Shown here piece by piece: positions 60,750-64,000 of a stretch of DNA of 64,000 nucleotides. Origin of the DNA: Vitrella brassicaformis CCMP3155 (Eukaryota > Protista > Chromerida); assembly GCA_001179505.1 (NCBI GenBank), contig CDMY01000305.1, forward strand, positions 310,001 to 374,000, read 5' to 3'. A model generated the notes under the pieces. It saw nothing but the letters and a program-made list of their open reading frames with translations, ran no database searches and was not told the DNA's origin. Within the stretch, counting starts at the first letter, position 1. Every line of letters starts with the position of its first letter. The position numbers and the translations under genes were made by a program.

Positions 60750-63700
60750 ATGGAGCGAATCATAAGAAGACCGGCCCTCGCACAGCTGACGGGGCGGCTT
60801 CGGCTCCTCTGCGAACAGAGGCAACGAGCGTTCTCAACCGTGGCAGAAGAGGCGACGTCCGCCGCCCTGCAGCAGAGCCCAGCGATACAGTTTGACATCG
60901 ACCCTCAGGCGCTGGATGAGGACAGTGCAGCTGTGGCAGAGTCGGAGACCATCAAGGCCGTCACACCAATACGGGTGAGTGGGCAGCACACACGTATCGA
61001 TGACCATGAGCTGACCTGTCTTTTTCTCTTTGCTGATATTGCACGGTGGCAGGCGTGGCAGGCGCCTCGGCTGCCGAGTATCCATGACCCGCCCGTCATC
61101 CGCCGCCCTGGAGAGATCGTTGATGTGCGCACCATGATACGCAACTGGTGGGCCTTCCCAGGTCAGTCAAACCAACACAAAGAACAAGAGATCAGCCAGA
61201 CACTCAGATGTTGTCTGGTTTGGTATCTGCGGTGCGTGATCCATCGTATCAGCTGTTGGGTTCAATTCCATCCTGGAGGTGCCCGTGCAGCAGTTTGAGG
61301 TGCTCGAGGGCGAAACACCAAACGACTCCGAGACAATCGGTCGGCTACGCAGAGTGCCTATGAGTGCTTCGGTTGCTGGGAGGGAACGTCCGACTCATTC
61401 CCGTGTGCTCCTTTCTTTCGTCTCTTTTGTGTGGTTTGCCTGTCATGTCAGTGTTGCCGAATGACATCTTCGGTCTGCCTATTCGGCCAGACATCCTGCA
61501 TCAGGTGGGGGGGAGAGAGAAGCCGTCTGTCACACACCTGTTCGTGTACCCGCCTTGATGTGTTTGATCAGTGCTACTGGTTCCACCGACGTGCACTGAT
61601 GGGGTGGGACGAGCGGATGCAGCTCTACCAGTGGGAGGTACGCACACACGCACCAGACAATAATGCGACGACACTTATGGATGCGTCTGGTGCGTGAATT
61701 GTGAATGCAGTGGTACGGCTCGCACAGAAAGCTCAGATCCCAAGTCAGATCAGGTGAGCTAGGTCACGGAGTGACTGTGTCGATGTGCTGTGCATCGTTC
61801 GTCATTCATGTGCTCTTCACATACACTTGTGCAGGAATGTCTCGGATTGGTCAGCGGAAGATCTCCGGCAAGTACCTGGGCGTCAAGGCACACCCGCTGC
61901 GGCCACACGACTGGAGGAAAAAGTGCCACAAGAGACGTACGTACGCGACCCTGCCTGTGCGGATATATGTGCTTGCGTAAATCGGCTTTCCTGTATGTGT
62001 GCATTTGTGTGGTGCCTCCCTGATGTGTGTGTGTGTGTGTCAGTGCTCTGGCTGGGTCTCAAGAACATGCTCTCCGTCAAATTTGCCCAGGTGGGTGCGA
62101 CCATCTGAGCTGTCGTCAAACGCCTGGATGACGCGTGTGTGCGTGTGGTTTGTGCGTGCAGGACCAGCTGAAGGTTGTGGATCACTTCTACCTCCGCTCA
62201 CACAAGACCAAACACGCAGTCAGATACCTAAGACGCATCGTCGGTGAGTGAGTGCACTCACTGATGGGGAAATGGGTGGGCGGGCAGATGGGCACAGCAG
62301 CTCAATCGAATCCCCCTCTCTCCCTCTGTATGTGTGTGCAGGGAATCGGTGCAACTCAGCGCTGCTGGTGCATGAGGGTCGCGGCGACGTCAATGACAAC
62401 TTTCGATGGGCCGTGGCGCACCTCACAGCCGTCAGGACGGAAAACGTGGAGGTGTGTGAAGACACACACAGATGCAGACAGACGTCAGAGGGTCTATCCA
62501 TGTCTGTCTGTGTGTGTGCATCAATCAGGGTTTGAATGTGTATCAGCTGCTCAAGTATCGTCAGCTGGTCATCACCGAGAAGGCGCTGCAGAAGCTCATG
62601 TGGGAGATATACCACTACCCCGAGAAGAGGGGATGGGTCAGAAGGTCAGACACACACCCACACCACCCGTTGCCCCCCTATCCCACACATGGCTGCCATA
62701 AGTAAGTGGACCGGTGCTGTCATGCCGTGTTTGTTGTGTTTATGTTGGTCAGGGCGGCCACGCCGGACGGCAAGCCCGTGAAGCTGCCGATGAAGGTATG
62801 CACAAGCATCGCCATGCCATGGGCAGGGCAGCCACATCCATAGTATGGGTGGGGGCATGGCATACCCACTGTGGGTGTGACGGCGTCTGTAGGTGCCCGG
62901 GTGGAACAAGGAGTGGGTGGAGAAGAAGGAGCGTCAGAAGAACACGCAATACGACAGGGTCTGCAGCTACACACACGATGGGCAGCGGGCCGTATGCGTG
63001 TGTGTGAATCGACTCGTTCTGCCTGTTGGTCATGTGCGTGTGTGTATTAGTCTGCTTTGTTCCGCGAGCTGCGCAAGTGGAAGTGGAACTACGAAGAGCT
63101 CAAAGGACCGCTGGTATGCATCCCTCCCATCCAAGCACACCCACCCACCCCACCGACACACGCACCAGCTCACATGTGCCCATGTGGTGTGCGATTCAGA
63201 AAGTGCCGCGCCACGACCCATTCAAAGGTACCCAAAGAAACATACCAATCAATCAGCAACATGTGTATACGTGTGAGTGTGTGTTCAGATTCCGTCCGTT
63301 TCATCTGTCCATGTACGCCAAGCGGCCGCCATGGGAGAAATTCGAGGAACTCTACAAGGCAAGGCAGACCATTGCACTGCACACCACACATCGAAGCATA
63401 CACATGATGACCTGCTCTGTGTGTGCGTGTGTGTCAGGACGACGAGCCGCTTGAAGAGGAGGAAGACCTGCAGGCGCTCGAAGACATCAGGAACGCACTC
63501 GATGTGAGGGAAGCGAACGAAGGGTCATGACACGTCCCTTCCTGCATGTGTGTCGACTCCACCTCCTGTCTGTCTGCATGTCCGTGTGTGTCTTTCGTCG
63601 ATCCATCAGGAGAGGGAGACGCTGCACACGGCGGACTTTGACGTGATTGACGACACGGGCGAGCTGAGATCGAGGTCACTCAGCGACATTGCACGAGGTG

Positions 63701-64000
63701 GGTGCGTGAAGATACAGACAGACACCCAAACCCATCCATCCATCCATCCACACGCAAACCTGTACGTGTCGGTATGTTGCCGTGTCTTTCTCAGGTTCGT
63801 CATCTGATGGGTACCTCTCAGCCCGCCACAGCCGAGACGATGAGGCCGACAATGAGGAGGAAGCCGACGATGAAGAGCAAGAGGCAAGCGACACTCACCG
63901 TACATACACTCACCAATCGGTGCATTGCATGTGTCTGTGTGTGTGCAGGGTGACGAAGGCGACATGGGTGACGAAGGTTTGTCCGGCGATGAGGATGCGG
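60750..64000 (+). CDS. MRPL4: Mitochondrial ribosomal protein uL4m (extended), 3' end beyond the window
   Basis: R-rich presequence ..QRAFST; LPNDIFGLPIRPDILHQ, GVKAHPLRPHDWRKKCHKR, GLKNMLSVKFAQ, GLNVYQLLKYRQLVITEKAL; acidic tail runs off the window. Confidence 0.85.

Overview
Eukaryotic, GC-rich, very intron-dense nuclear DNA. Introns are about 50-150 bp and filled with (CA)n/(TG)n/(GACA)n/(GGAT)n repeats, and there are three 300-N assembly gaps. The window holds about 24 protein-coding genes reconstructed by eye across introns. Plastid-type bipartite leaders, an axonemal dynein chain and the intron style point to a flagellated alveolate alga with a complex plastid, most likely the chromerid Vitrella brassicaformis (inference). 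Recognisable genes: histidine phosphatase, cystathionine gamma-lyase/synthase family, LEO1, DNAI4/WDR78, MFS transporter, SnoaL/NTF2-membrane fusion, ELO elongase, PP2C, alpha/beta hydrolase, DUF4239/bestrophin-like protein, PlsC acyltransferase, secreted FAD oxidoreductase, TMEM205, RsuA/RluB pseudouridine synthase, a KCTD-type BTB protein and mitochondrial uL4. I found no rRNA, tRNA, CRISPR array or recognisable transposon. Most notable: (1) an intronless BTB protein with an apparent tripartite signal + transit + RR..AxA thylakoid-lumen leader; (2) a CCCH-LOTUS-RING-TRAF zinc finger-coiled coil-SH3-SH3 protein; (3) every + strand gene sits head-to-head with a - strand gene, and 8 of 10 of these spacers contain an exact AGCTCGC heptamer; (4) a secreted PUFA-isomerase-like flavoprotein; (5) introns with 5' AC-rich and 3' GT-rich complementary repeats. 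All gene models and family calls come from manual motif reading, not database searches.
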